This document shows, piece after piece, positions 1 to 7,678 of a stretch of 15,578 bases of DNA (positions are counted from its first letter, which is position 1; the number at the start of each line of letters is the position of its first letter). The DNA comes from Abditibacteriaceae bacterium (GTDB lineage Bacteria > Armatimonadota > Abditibacteriia > Abditibacteriales > Abditibacteriaceae), in NCBI GenBank assembly GCA_031425655.1, contig JANPJS010000152.1:1-15578 (forward strand), written 5' to 3'. The position numbers and the translations under genes are program-made. The notes beneath the pieces were generated by a model, which saw only the letters and a program-made list of their open reading frames with translations, did not search any database and was not told the DNA's origin.

Positions 1-76
1 CGATGGTTGTCTCGCCTTTTTCCGCCTGCTGTAACAGGCCGATAATCCGTTCCTCGCTCCACTGTCGGGTTTTCAT
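1..76 (-). CDS. IS3-family transposase OrfA, N-terminal 25 codons (partial; not in the ORF track)
   Basis: ATG at 76-74 translates MKTRQWSEERIIGLLQQAEKGETTI, matching the IS3/IS407 OrfA start pattern (MKxxxFSEEQIIxxLxxAExG). Confidence 0.85.
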   Translation of the reverse strand, partial: MKTRQWSEERIIGLLQQAEKGETTI

Positions 77-139
77 CTCGTCGTTCCTTTGGCTGAGATT
101 CTAACCTTTCAAATGGATCAGTTTTTGGGGTGCAGGTCA
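1..139 (-). mobile_element. IS3-family insertion sequence (IS407-like), left end; continues beyond the window start
   Basis: The minus strand from 139 reads TGACCTGCACCCCAAAAACTGATCCA (114-139), a 5'-TG terminus of IS3 inverted-repeat type. It is followed by an AAAGGAA RBS and an OrfA-like reading frame. Confidence 0.85.
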
Positions 140-398
140 GCATCTCTTCTTGCATACAGGAGACCCCTGGGGCAGTCACCCAATCAAAGTAGGCCGATTC
201 AAAGGTCAAAACCCTACTGAAGAAAAAATCGAACAGCAAGCAAATCGCTTTGCTGCTGCTCTACTAATGCCGCATGATACGTTCATGTCGATAGCGGAGC
301 GGACAGGTAACGACCTAAATGTCTTGGCTGGGCGGTTTAATGTTTCCGTGCCCGCCGCACAGGCTCGGTTAGATTCTCTGACTAAGTGCCTGGTGTAA
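140..398 (+). pseudogene. 3' fragment of an ImmA/IrrE-family zinc metallopeptidase (DUF955-like), interrupted by the IS
   Basis: The frame from 141 reads HLFLH...EQQANRFAAALLMP...LAGRFNVSVPAAQARL. This is the second His of HExxH, the ExxANxFAxxLLMP motif and the C-terminal HTH. The first half of HExxH is replaced by IS sequence, and there is an in-frame stop at 102-104. Confidence 0.85.
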
Positions 399-413
399 GA
401 ATTTTCTCCTACT

Positions 414-1364
414 ATGCCCTGGACGAAAGAAGATCGCAAAGTAAGAATTTTCCTATCCACCGATGTTGTCGGCTCTACCGCCTATAAAACCAGGCGGGCG
501 AAAAGCGATCCCGCAGACTGGCCCCGCTTCTATAATAGGTTCTTTGACGACTTTCACATCCAGTTGATGGGAAGTCTTGACGAAGTGAAGCAAATTCACT
601 CTGCGCCTTCGCATGACCTGACATTCTGGAAACTCTTGGGCGACGAGATACTTTATTCCGCAGTCATACGCAACGAGCATGATGCTTATGTTTTAACCAA
701 AGCATTCCATCGCGCTGTCTTTCATTACGACAAAGACATTTATAGCCAGGATCGTTTGCGAGTAAAGGGCACCGCTTGGATCGCAGGATTTCCTATCAGA
801 AATTCCGAGATAAAGCCGCGTAGCCTCGCTTCTGGTTCAGGCGCCTCGCCGGAGACACAGACCCCTTTGGACTACGTCGGTTTAGATATTGATATTGGAT
901 TCCGGCTAAGTAGCACCTCAAGGGCTGGACGCATGACTGTGTCGATGGATTTGGCTGACTTGCTGGCTCAAAACAAAGACAGCAATCTACGCTTTTTCCA
1001 TGTAGGTTGGGAGAGATTCAAAGGGGTCTTTGACGATAAACCGTATCCCATATTCTGGGTGTCCGAACCGGATAAGCTGCCAGAGATGTTTCCCTGGCAA
1101 GAATTTGACTGTCCCTTCACTCGTTCCTTCGTGAAGGAAAAGAATTGCGGAAAAACGGAAGATCATGCTGGCGATATTTTGAACCTAATTGCCGACATCC
1201 GCACGGCGTTACCTGATTTGCAGCTATTCAAGCCCTATTTTCAACAGGACGATATGCCAACTTTTCACAATGAAGTTTGGAAGCGACAGTCTGAGAAAGA
1301 TCAACTTGAAGACGACACAGATGTGCTTGCGCGAAATTCTCCATTAGGCGATGAAACTGTTTGA
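414..1364 (+). CDS. Divergent class III adenylate/guanylate cyclase-like protein, 316 aa
   Basis: FLSTDVVGST (metal Asp17), WKLLGDE (Lys73, metal Asp77) and DYVGLDIDIGFRL (Asp153, Arg164) occur in class III cyclase order. No TM or sensor domain is evident. Starts 15 bp after the peptidase stop. Confidence 0.75.
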   Translation: MPWTKEDRKVRIFLSTDVVGSTAYKTRRAKSDPADWPRFYNRFFDDFHIQLMGSLDEVKQIHSAPSHDLTFWKLLGDEILYSAVIRNEHDAYVLTKAFHRAVFHYDKDIYSQDRLRVKGTAWIAGFPIRNSEIKPRSLASGSGASPETQTPLDYVGLDIDIGFRLSSTSRAGRMTVSMDLADLLAQNKDSNLRFFHVGWERFKGVFDDKPYPIFWVSEPDKLPEMFPWQEFDCPFTRSFVKEKNCGKTEDHAGDILNLIADIRTALPDLQLFKPYFQQDDMPTFHNEVWKRQSEKDQLEDDTDVLARNSPLGDETV

Positions 1365-1626
1365 TTTCAGGCACCACGCTGAAATATAAATATGTCCCAC
1401 CCAGCCCAAACTAAACAAAGCAGACGATTTATTTGTGACGGAGCATCGAAGTCGCAGTGGCTATGAACTGTCGAATTTTTGTGCCTTTATAGCAGAGCAT
1501 GGTGGTAATTTGAAGGGCGACTTAACAAACTGGCAGATGTTTTAATTGAACTACGCGAAGCGGAAAAACTGTAAACCTCGCACTGGGCCGCACAAAACAC
1601 GGTTGATCTAAGCCGATTGACACATC

Positions 1627-2640
1627 ATGCCCGAACTTTTTCTACATGGCCGCCAGATCAATACAGTTTTCGATCTCCTGGGCGACAAAGAAAATGACAT
1701 TACCTTCAGCCTCGGCTGGGCGCTCGCCAACTGTGGCGTGTTTTCTCGTCAACTCCTTCAACAGGTTGCCGGAGATGTAGAAATCGGTGACATTGAGGCG
1801 ATCAACCTTCAGGAATCCGGCCAAGATGGTGGTTACACGGACATTGAAATTTTAACCAGCCATCTACACGTAATTTTTGAGGCCAAGCGTGGGTGGAACC
1901 TTCCGACTGACACCCAACTTCTTCGTTACATTCCACGTTTGCAAAAAAGAACGTCAGGAAGCAAAATCATTACGCTATCTGAATGCAGTCAGGCTTATGC
2001 CGCGCATCGCTTGCCTCAACAGATAGATGGAATTCCGATCTACCATCTCAGTTGGGAGCAAGTCGCAGCGATAGCTAAACAAAGTCAGCGGGCGGGTAGC
2101 CATGCAGAAAAACGATTGCTTCAGGAACTGGTCGCCTATCTTCAAGGATTGATAACGATGCAGGATCAAGAATCAAATTGGGTCTATGTCGTATCTCTGG
2201 GAGCCGATACACCAGATTGGTCGAAATTATCCTGGCGAGAAATCGTTAATAAGCAACGGCAGTATTTTCATCCAATCGGCACAGGCGGTTGGCCGAGGGT
2301 GCCACCGAACTATCTTGCGTTTCGCTACGAAAGCAAATTGCAGAGCATCCATCATATCGAAAAATATGATGTTGCCACGGACGCTAAGAGTTTTGCGTCT
2401 CTTGTTCCAGGCGTTGATGCTGTCGCGTGGCGAAAGTCCGATGATTATTTCGATGGAGCAATTTTTGTCTATTCACTTGGGCCTGCCATTATTCCACCTC
2501 ATGAAGTAGTGACAGGCGCCAGGTGGCGTGCAAACCGTGTCTGGGTGGCTTTAGACCTATTGCTGACTTGTAATTCCATAGCTGAAGCGCGAGCATTAAC
2601 AGAGAAGCGCACCGCAGTCGTAGAAAGTGATGACTCATGA
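1627..2640 (+). CDS. PD-(D/E)XK-type nuclease with an unassigned C-terminal domain, 337 aa
   Basis: ENDIT helix, TDIEI...IFEAKRG and QLLRY form the catalytic pattern. The aromatic-rich C-terminal half (YFHP...GWP...PPNYLAFRY) was not recognised. Confidence 0.75.
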   Translation: MPELFLHGRQINTVFDLLGDKENDITFSLGWALANCGVFSRQLLQQVAGDVEIGDIEAINLQESGQDGGYTDIEILTSHLHVIFEAKRGWNLPTDTQLLRYIPRLQKRTSGSKIITLSECSQAYAAHRLPQQIDGIPIYHLSWEQVAAIAKQSQRAGSHAEKRLLQELVAYLQGLITMQDQESNWVYVVSLGADTPDWSKLSWREIVNKQRQYFHPIGTGGWPRVPPNYLAFRYESKLQSIHHIEKYDVATDAKSFASLVPGVDAVAWRKSDDYFDGAIFVYSLGPAIIPPHEVVTGARWRANRVWVALDLLLTCNSIAEARALTEKRTAVVESDDS

Positions 2641-3359
2641 ACCCTGTTTATATCCCAGCAAAAGGAATCGACGACTGGCGCGCCCTCCTGGCTGAGCCGG
2701 ACAAGCAGTGGAAAGCAGGCTACTCGGCCATGCTGCTCGCTGCATCCTGGCAGTCCGCTGACGGCTTTCCAGTGTGCGTGGCCGACACGCTGCAACGAGC
2801 CGGAGAACCGTTTATCTCCCTGAAGCCGCTGTTGATCTTGCCGGAGCATCAAGTGCCCCTGCCAGGCGGCAGAGCGGCCTCCCAGAACGATGCCTGGGTG
2901 CTGGCTTCGCATCGCTTTGGCCTGGCTTCGATCACCATCGAAGGCAAGGTCAACGAGTCGTTCGGGCCTACACTGGCAGAATGGCTGGCAAATGCGTCAC
3001 CGGGCAAGCAGGAGCGGTTAGCGTTCCTTACGGGGCTTCTGGGCCTACCAGGTGCCTTACCTGGCACGATTCGTTATCAACTACTGCACCGCGTTGCCAG
3101 CGCCATTATAGAAGCTAAGCGATTCCGCGCGAATGTCGCACTGTGCCTCGTTCAATCGTTCAGCCCCACCAACGAGGGGTTGGTCGATTTTCAAGCGTTC
3201 GTGGCGCTGTTTGGAAAGCAAATTCAGCCGGGTGAAGTCGTGGCCCTGGGGAACCATGAAGGCGTCCCGTTTTACGCCGCGTGGGTTAATTGCCCGGCTC
3301 CAACTTCATCGGCTTTAGTGTCTGAAGACCAACGGCCAGAAGCTATCACTGCCACTTGA
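2637..3359 (+). CDS. DUF6946-like protein, predicted restriction-endonuclease (PD-(D/E)XK) fold, 240 aa
   Basis: PEHQVPLPGG..SQND...ITIEGKVNESFG gives an E...D...ExK arrangement. QWKxGYSA and RYQLLHR blocks are as I recall for this family. ATGA overlap with the upstream stop. Confidence 0.7.
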   Translation: MNPVYIPAKGIDDWRALLAEPDKQWKAGYSAMLLAASWQSADGFPVCVADTLQRAGEPFISLKPLLILPEHQVPLPGGRAASQNDAWVLASHRFGLASITIEGKVNESFGPTLAEWLANASPGKQERLAFLTGLLGLPGALPGTIRYQLLHRVASAIIEAKRFRANVALCLVQSFSPTNEGLVDFQAFVALFGKQIQPGEVVALGNHEGVPFYAAWVNCPAPTSSALVSEDQRPEAITAT

Positions 3360-3946
3360 AGTCAGTAGGCTTCGTATCGAAAATGGCTCCATCACTTCAA
3401 CGCTGCATCATAACCGGGAGCCTCGGCTTCAGCGGCGCCGGTATCCTGGCTTACGCTATGGCTACCTTCGTCAGCCGGTGGCTGTATAGCACTTTTGGCT
3501 TCAGCCTGTCCTACTTGGTCTTGTCGCTTCTTTTAATCGTGTGCGGTGGGGCTATCTTCAACACCCTGGTCGTCGGTTCCTTGCGTGGGCTTCGCTTTTT
3601 CCTGATTTTTGGCTTGGCCTTTCTTACCTATGCTGCGGGCTGGATCAGTGCAGATTTAGTCTTACGAAGTGCATGGTTTGGTTCGCTCGTCGGGTCGGTG
3701 CTGATGGGTTGTGCCCTCGCGGTAGGATTTCGAGTTTGGCATTCGGTCGTGTTCCTTTCGACGCTGCTGTTTATTGCAAACCACTTCGGCTACTTTCTTG
3801 GCTCGGCCTTGAATACAGAGGTCGGCGGCAGGGCGGGAATGATACTGTGGGGTGTGACTTACGGGCTGTGTCTGGGCGCCGGGATCGGTGCCTTTCTGCA
3901 CTACGCCCAAAAGAATACCGCGCAGCCGCGCACTTCGCCGGAATAA
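3356..3946 (+). CDS. Gly-rich multi-pass membrane protein of unknown function (start TTG 3356 or ATG 3383)
   Basis: About six hydrophobic segments. TTGA overlap with the upstream stop; ends 11 bp before xth. Confidence 0.75.
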   Translation: MKSVGFVSKMAPSLQRCIITGSLGFSGAGILAYAMATFVSRWLYSTFGFSLSYLVLSLLLIVCGGAIFNTLVVGSLRGLRFFLIFGLAFLTYAAGWISADLVLRSAWFGSLVGSVLMGCALAVGFRVWHSVVFLSTLLFIANHFGYFLGSALNTEVGGRAGMILWGVTYGLCLGAGIGAFLHYAQKNTAQPRTSPE

Positions 3947-3957
3947 GGCATAACACA

Positions 3958-4710
3958 ATGAAAATCGTGACCTGGAACGTCAATGGCATTCGCGCCCGCC
4001 AAGCACAATTCGCCGAATGGATGGAGCGAGATCAGCCCGACGTTGTGTGCCTTCAAGAACTAAAAGCCTCAGCGGCTCAGGTGCCGGAACACCTGCGGGA
4101 ACTGCCTGGCTATTGGCACTACTGGCATGGTTCAGGTGGCTACTCCGGCGTCAGCTTGCATTTCAGGAAGACTGTATTTCCAGACCCACCGCAGTTCAGC
4201 CACCCGGCCTTTGATTTCGAGAATCGCGTCGTGCAGGCCCAGGTGGGTGACCTCGTTTTCATCTCGGCCTACTTTCCTAATGGCGGCAAGGACTTCGAGG
4301 CTAAAGTCCGTTTTCTAAAGGACATGGCCGCTTATGTGCGCGAGGTTCACCACGCGGGCCTGAAGCTCTTTCTCTGCGGCGACACTAACGTCACGCGCAC
4401 CGACCAGGACGTTCATCCCCAAGAGCGCAAGCTGGTGATAGGGCAAAGGCCGGACGAGCGGCAGCTTTTCGAGGCGATCTTAGCCGAAGGGTTGGTCGAT
4501 GTGGGACGCGCCCTCCATCCTGACGATGATGAGATGTTTACCTGGTGGGCGCCCTGGCGCGGGATGCGACAGCGGAATATCGGGTGGCGCTTGGACTACA
4601 TCATGGTGAGCCAGGGGATCGCAGATAAGGCAACAGAATGCCGGGTGCTGTCCGATGTCGGCAGCAGCGATCATGGGCCGGTGAGAGCTACTTTCAATAT
4701 GGTGCCCTGA
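3958..4710 (+). CDS. xth: Exodeoxyribonuclease III / AP endonuclease, 250 aa
   Basis: MKIVTWNVNGIRAR, PDVVCLQELK, GYSGV, YFPNG, GDTN, FTWW, GWRLDY and SDHGPV motifs. The true start is ATG 3958, not 3541. Confidence 0.95.
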   Translation: MKIVTWNVNGIRARQAQFAEWMERDQPDVVCLQELKASAAQVPEHLRELPGYWHYWHGSGGYSGVSLHFRKTVFPDPPQFSHPAFDFENRVVQAQVGDLVFISAYFPNGGKDFEAKVRFLKDMAAYVREVHHAGLKLFLCGDTNVTRTDQDVHPQERKLVIGQRPDERQLFEAILAEGLVDVGRALHPDDDEMFTWWAPWRGMRQRNIGWRLDYIMVSQGIADKATECRVLSDVGSSDHGPVRATFNMVP

Positions 4711-4712
4711 AC

Positions 4713-5498
4713 TCAATACCGGCGCCGACCAAAGATACCACCGAACACTCTGCCGATGCCAATGCCAATCGAAGGGCCGCCACGTCCAATGCCGACCTGC
4801 ACGCCAACTCCGCCTTGTCCGTAACTGCCGTAAACGCCGTAGTCGGGTTGGCCGTAGCCATAGCCGCCATAGACTCCGTAACTGCCACTACCATTGTCTC
4901 GCGTCCGGTTGTCGCGGGGATAGTGTTCTGAATAGCTTCGGGGCTGTCCCGACTGGAAGCCATTATCCAGTGGAAGCTGCCAAATGGATTCGATTGGCAT
5001 AAGCAACAATTGGTAATACCTGTCGCCCGGCACCCTGATCCTGGGATCGGTTGCCAAACTTTCCACTTGCGAACGCTGCACTGGCGTTAAAACTTTCAGC
5101 GCGTTAGCGCGGGTGCTAAGTAGATCGGAAGCAACCTTTTGTTGCCCTTCGTTAATCTCACGTAGCAGCCGGGTCGCCTTGTTTTGATCGAAGGTTGTGG
5201 GCGCCTGAGCTTGCCACAGTTGACCTTGCAACTGCATAAGGTTGCTTTCCTGCTTCAAGCGCCGGGAAGCATAAACGTCGTAAAGGCGGTTCAACTGCTC
5301 GATTTGCCCTGCCTGCATTTGCAGATGCGCGGTGATCGACGGGTGTGGTGCGGAAAGCATCGGCGTTACTGCTGAGCGAACCGTTGGAACGGACGATGAA
5401 GTAGCCACTCCAGACACAGTAGGCAGCGTGTTTTGAGCGACAGCAGGCATGGCAGATAAGCACAGCAGGCTCATGCAGGTCGAGATGTTTTGTTTCAT
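4713..5498 (-). CDS. Secreted Spy/CpxP-like (LTXXQ) helical protein with a Gly/Tyr-rich C-terminal tail, 261 aa
   Basis: Signal peptide ending AVA-Q, Gln-rich helical core and VLTPVQR motif. GGAG at 5510-5513 supports ATG 5498. Confidence 0.7.
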   Translation of the reverse strand: MKQNISTCMSLLCLSAMPAVAQNTLPTVSGVATSSSVPTVRSAVTPMLSAPHPSITAHLQMQAGQIEQLNRLYDVYASRRLKQESNLMQLQGQLWQAQAPTTFDQNKATRLLREINEGQQKVASDLLSTRANALKVLTPVQRSQVESLATDPRIRVPGDRYYQLLLMPIESIWQLPLDNGFQSGQPRSYSEHYPRDNRTRDNGSGSYGVYGGYGYGQPDYGVYGSYGQGGVGVQVGIGRGGPSIGIGIGRVFGGIFGRRRY

Positions 5499-5577
5499 CG
5501 TAAAGCTCACTCCAACATTTTCTTGTTTAGGCTTCATGCAGTTATGAGTCGGCATTGGCACCGCTCTTCAACCCTTT

Positions 5578-6186
5578 TTAGTTTATAGGGTCAATACTTC
5601 TTTTGCTGTCTTCCGTTGTTAGGTAGATGATCTCGATCAGGTAAGAGCCGACGCCAAAAACGAACAAGGATGCAATTGCCATCAAGTTCACGCCATTGCC
5701 AACCCAACCTAAATAGTTCGCTGCCACACTGAGCGTCGCCACAAACAGGCTCAGGAAAGCCACGATCATCACCATGAAGGAGACCAACAGGGCAACGCTT
5801 TGCGCTTGCTCCTGTGCGTAGGCTTCCGCGCCATGATAGCCCAGCCCGCTCACGATCCACAGGTAGATGGCACCGAGACAACTTGCGCCGATCCAGTAAG
5901 CGGAGACTTCGTCGCTTCCCATGCCCTGCAATGCGGCCAGAACGCCCGCTAAGGCCATAAAGACCGTCGCCAGCACTCGGTAGAGCCAAGCGTAGAAGCG
6001 AAAGCCATGCGCTACACAGCTCACACGTTCAGCGCCTGACATCAGCGGATCGCGAGGCTTGCCATGAAGGAACAGAACGATCTGCCACCAACGGTGTATG
6101 ACAGGCAAGTCCGAGAAGACAGCGCGCACTGGCGGTGCGCTGCAAACGACCTGCTGAAAAGTTGGCTTGGCTTTATCGGGCAACAT
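5578..6186 (-). CDS. Hypothetical membrane protein (about 4 TM helices), 202 aa
   Basis: GGGGAG RBS upstream of the ATG; four hydrophobic segments in the C-terminal two thirds. Confidence 0.75.
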   Translation of the reverse strand: MLPDKAKPTFQQVVCSAPPVRAVFSDLPVIHRWWQIVLFLHGKPRDPLMSGAERVSCVAHGFRFYAWLYRVLATVFMALAGVLAALQGMGSDEVSAYWIGASCLGAIYLWIVSGLGYHGAEAYAQEQAQSVALLVSFMVMIVAFLSLFVATLSVAANYLGWVGNGVNLMAIASLFVFGVGSYLIEIIYLTTEDSKRSIDPIN

Positions 6187-6219
6187 CGAACACTCCCCTA
6201 ACGGCTATTCTCACGATGA

Positions 6220-6684
6220 TTATTTCCTATATTCAACGACTTTAACCGCCACATCAGATTCAATTACTGCCAGTTCAGCCAGCATGATCTCCAACGCCTT
6301 TTCCTGGCTGAAACTTCCAGCCCCAGAACCTATAACCGGGAAAGCAATCGACCCGAACCCCTGCTTCTCAGCCAGGGCCATCGCGTTCCGCACCGAATGG
6401 CGAATCGAATACTCCGAAGCACGCCAGAAGCCATCAATGCCTGTGACGTGAATGATCGCCTTGATTGGCAAGGTGCCAGCGGATGTCAGCACCGCTTGGC
6501 CCAGCGGGATGGGGCCAAACTTCGCAACCTCTCGAAAGGGCTGGTATCCCCCACGCTTCTTGATGGCACCAGAAACACCATGCGGCCAGAGCAGCCACCA
6601 GGGAATGATGTTGCGATTCCAAGCGTTGACGATGGCGTCCACCTGTTGGTCGAGCAGGTTGCCCTGAATGACTTCGGCTTTCAT
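6220..6684 (-). CDS. Macro domain protein (ADP-ribose binding/processing fold), 154 aa
   Basis: IQGNLL..VDAIVNA.N, GVSGAI...GG, GQAVLTSAGTL..KAIIH and SIAFPVIGSGAG motifs. ATG 6684 fits the domain start. Confidence 0.9.
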   Translation of the reverse strand: MKAEVIQGNLLDQQVDAIVNAWNRNIIPWWLLWPHGVSGAIKKRGGYQPFREVAKFGPIPLGQAVLTSAGTLPIKAIIHVTGIDGFWRASEYSIRHSVRNAMALAEKQGFGSIAFPVIGSGAGSFSQEKALEIMLAELAVIESDVAVKVVEYRK

Positions 6685-6768
6685 AGTTTTGCGCGCTTCG
6701 CAAACGGCAGACACCTGAGTGCGTAAAACCCTTGTCTCAGGTCACAGCAGGTCTGCGGTTCGTAGTCT

Positions 6769-7239
6769 ATGATGCAAGGAAGAGTGCCGAAGTTCGTTGC
6801 CGTTTTAGAACACATCGCAGTGGAACAGACATCAAACAGAATCAATCGCGCACGCTGGCCTTACTTAGCCTCGGCGATGCTGGTTCTCGTTCTCGGCTTC
6901 AGTGCCCGCACCTATTCGTCGGCGCTGCCAACATTCATTAGCGACTTCGCACCAGATACGCTGTGGGCGCTTCTGGTATTCCTGCTGGTCGCCGCTATGA
7001 GGCCGGGCATGACAGCTTGGCAGACGGCTTGGATTGCTTTGGTCTTCGCTTATGTTATTGAGTTCAGCCAACTTTATCAGGCGCACTGGATCAGCGCGAT
7101 CCGCGCCACAAGGTTGGGCGGTCTGGCGTTGGGGCATGGGTTTCTTTGGAGTGATTTACTCTGTTATGGCATCGGGATCGGAATGGGTGCCTTATTTCAG
7201 GTAATTTATGGCCGACGAAATAATCATCCAACCCGCTAA
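6769..7239 (+). CDS. DUF2809-family membrane protein (start uncertain)
   Basis: APDTLWAL and IEFSQLYQAHWISAIRATRLGGLALGHGFLWSDLLCY are characteristic blocks. Confidence 0.8.
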   Translation: MMQGRVPKFVAVLEHIAVEQTSNRINRARWPYLASAMLVLVLGFSARTYSSALPTFISDFAPDTLWALLVFLLVAAMRPGMTAWQTAWIALVFAYVIEFSQLYQAHWISAIRATRLGGLALGHGFLWSDLLCYGIGIGMGALFQVIYGRRNNHPTR

Positions 7240-7678
7240 TCGGGCCTGGGCCGCACTCTTCGAGGCCGAGAAGGCACATCTCCTTTCAGCACTGGGATCG
7301 CAATTTATCGCCATCGAGCATATTGGTAGCACCGCTGTTCCCGGCTTGGACGCCAAACCAATCATTGATATGCTCGGCGGAGTGCGGACTATGGACGAGG
7401 CCGATGGCTTGTTGGAGCCGCTTTGCCAACTGGGCTGGGATACTTCGGCGCAATTCAACGCCACCCTTACTGACCGGCGCTTTCTACTCCGTTGGCCGCA
7501 AGGGGTTCGCACACACCATCTGCACCTTGTGGTCTACGGGAGTGAAGCGTGGCAACACCATCTTCAATTTAGGGATGCTTTGCGTGCTGATCCCAACCTC
7601 GCTCAACAGTATCAGAAACTAAAATATGAACTTGCCGATAAGTATTCAAGTGATCGTTTGTCAAACCAGGAGCGATAG
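7208..7678 (+). CDS. GrpB/UPF0157 family protein (nucleotidyltransferase fold), probably C-terminally truncated
   Basis: IEHIGSTAVPGLDAKPIID, RTHHLH, FRDALR and YQKLK motifs. It ends DR-LSNQER* without the usual YxxxK terminal helix. Confidence 0.85.
   Translation: MADEIIIQPANRAWAALFEAEKAHLLSALGSQFIAIEHIGSTAVPGLDAKPIIDMLGGVRTMDEADGLLEPLCQLGWDTSAQFNATLTDRRFLLRWPQGVRTHHLHLVVYGSEAWQHHLQFRDALRADPNLAQQYQKLKYELADKYSSDRLSNQER

Noticed and set aside
150..398. 82-aa ORF starting at TTG 150 as a complete gene
   Set aside because: It begins after the HExxH motif, so it is the 3' remnant of an IS-split gene.
414..1364. Calling the cyclase a Pycsar PycC or CBASS component
   Set aside because: No PycTM/PycTIR effector or CD-NTase is present, and the specificity residues look adenylyl-cyclase-like.
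1365..1626. Possible gene relic (ICPTQPK...NWQMF and KLADVLIELREAEKL in different frames)
   Set aside because: No convincing start or recognisable motif; cannot be supported without a search.
3541..3957. 139-aa N-terminal extension of xth in the ORF track
   Set aside because: It overlaps the membrane-protein gene in another frame; the canonical MKIVTWNVN start is at 3958.
1627..7678. Integron cassette array (GCATAAC near 3948, minus-strand GTTAGGG near 6200)
   Set aside because: Genes overlap or have very short spacers in mixed orientations, no complete attC was found, and the integrase lacks the IntI-specific insertion.
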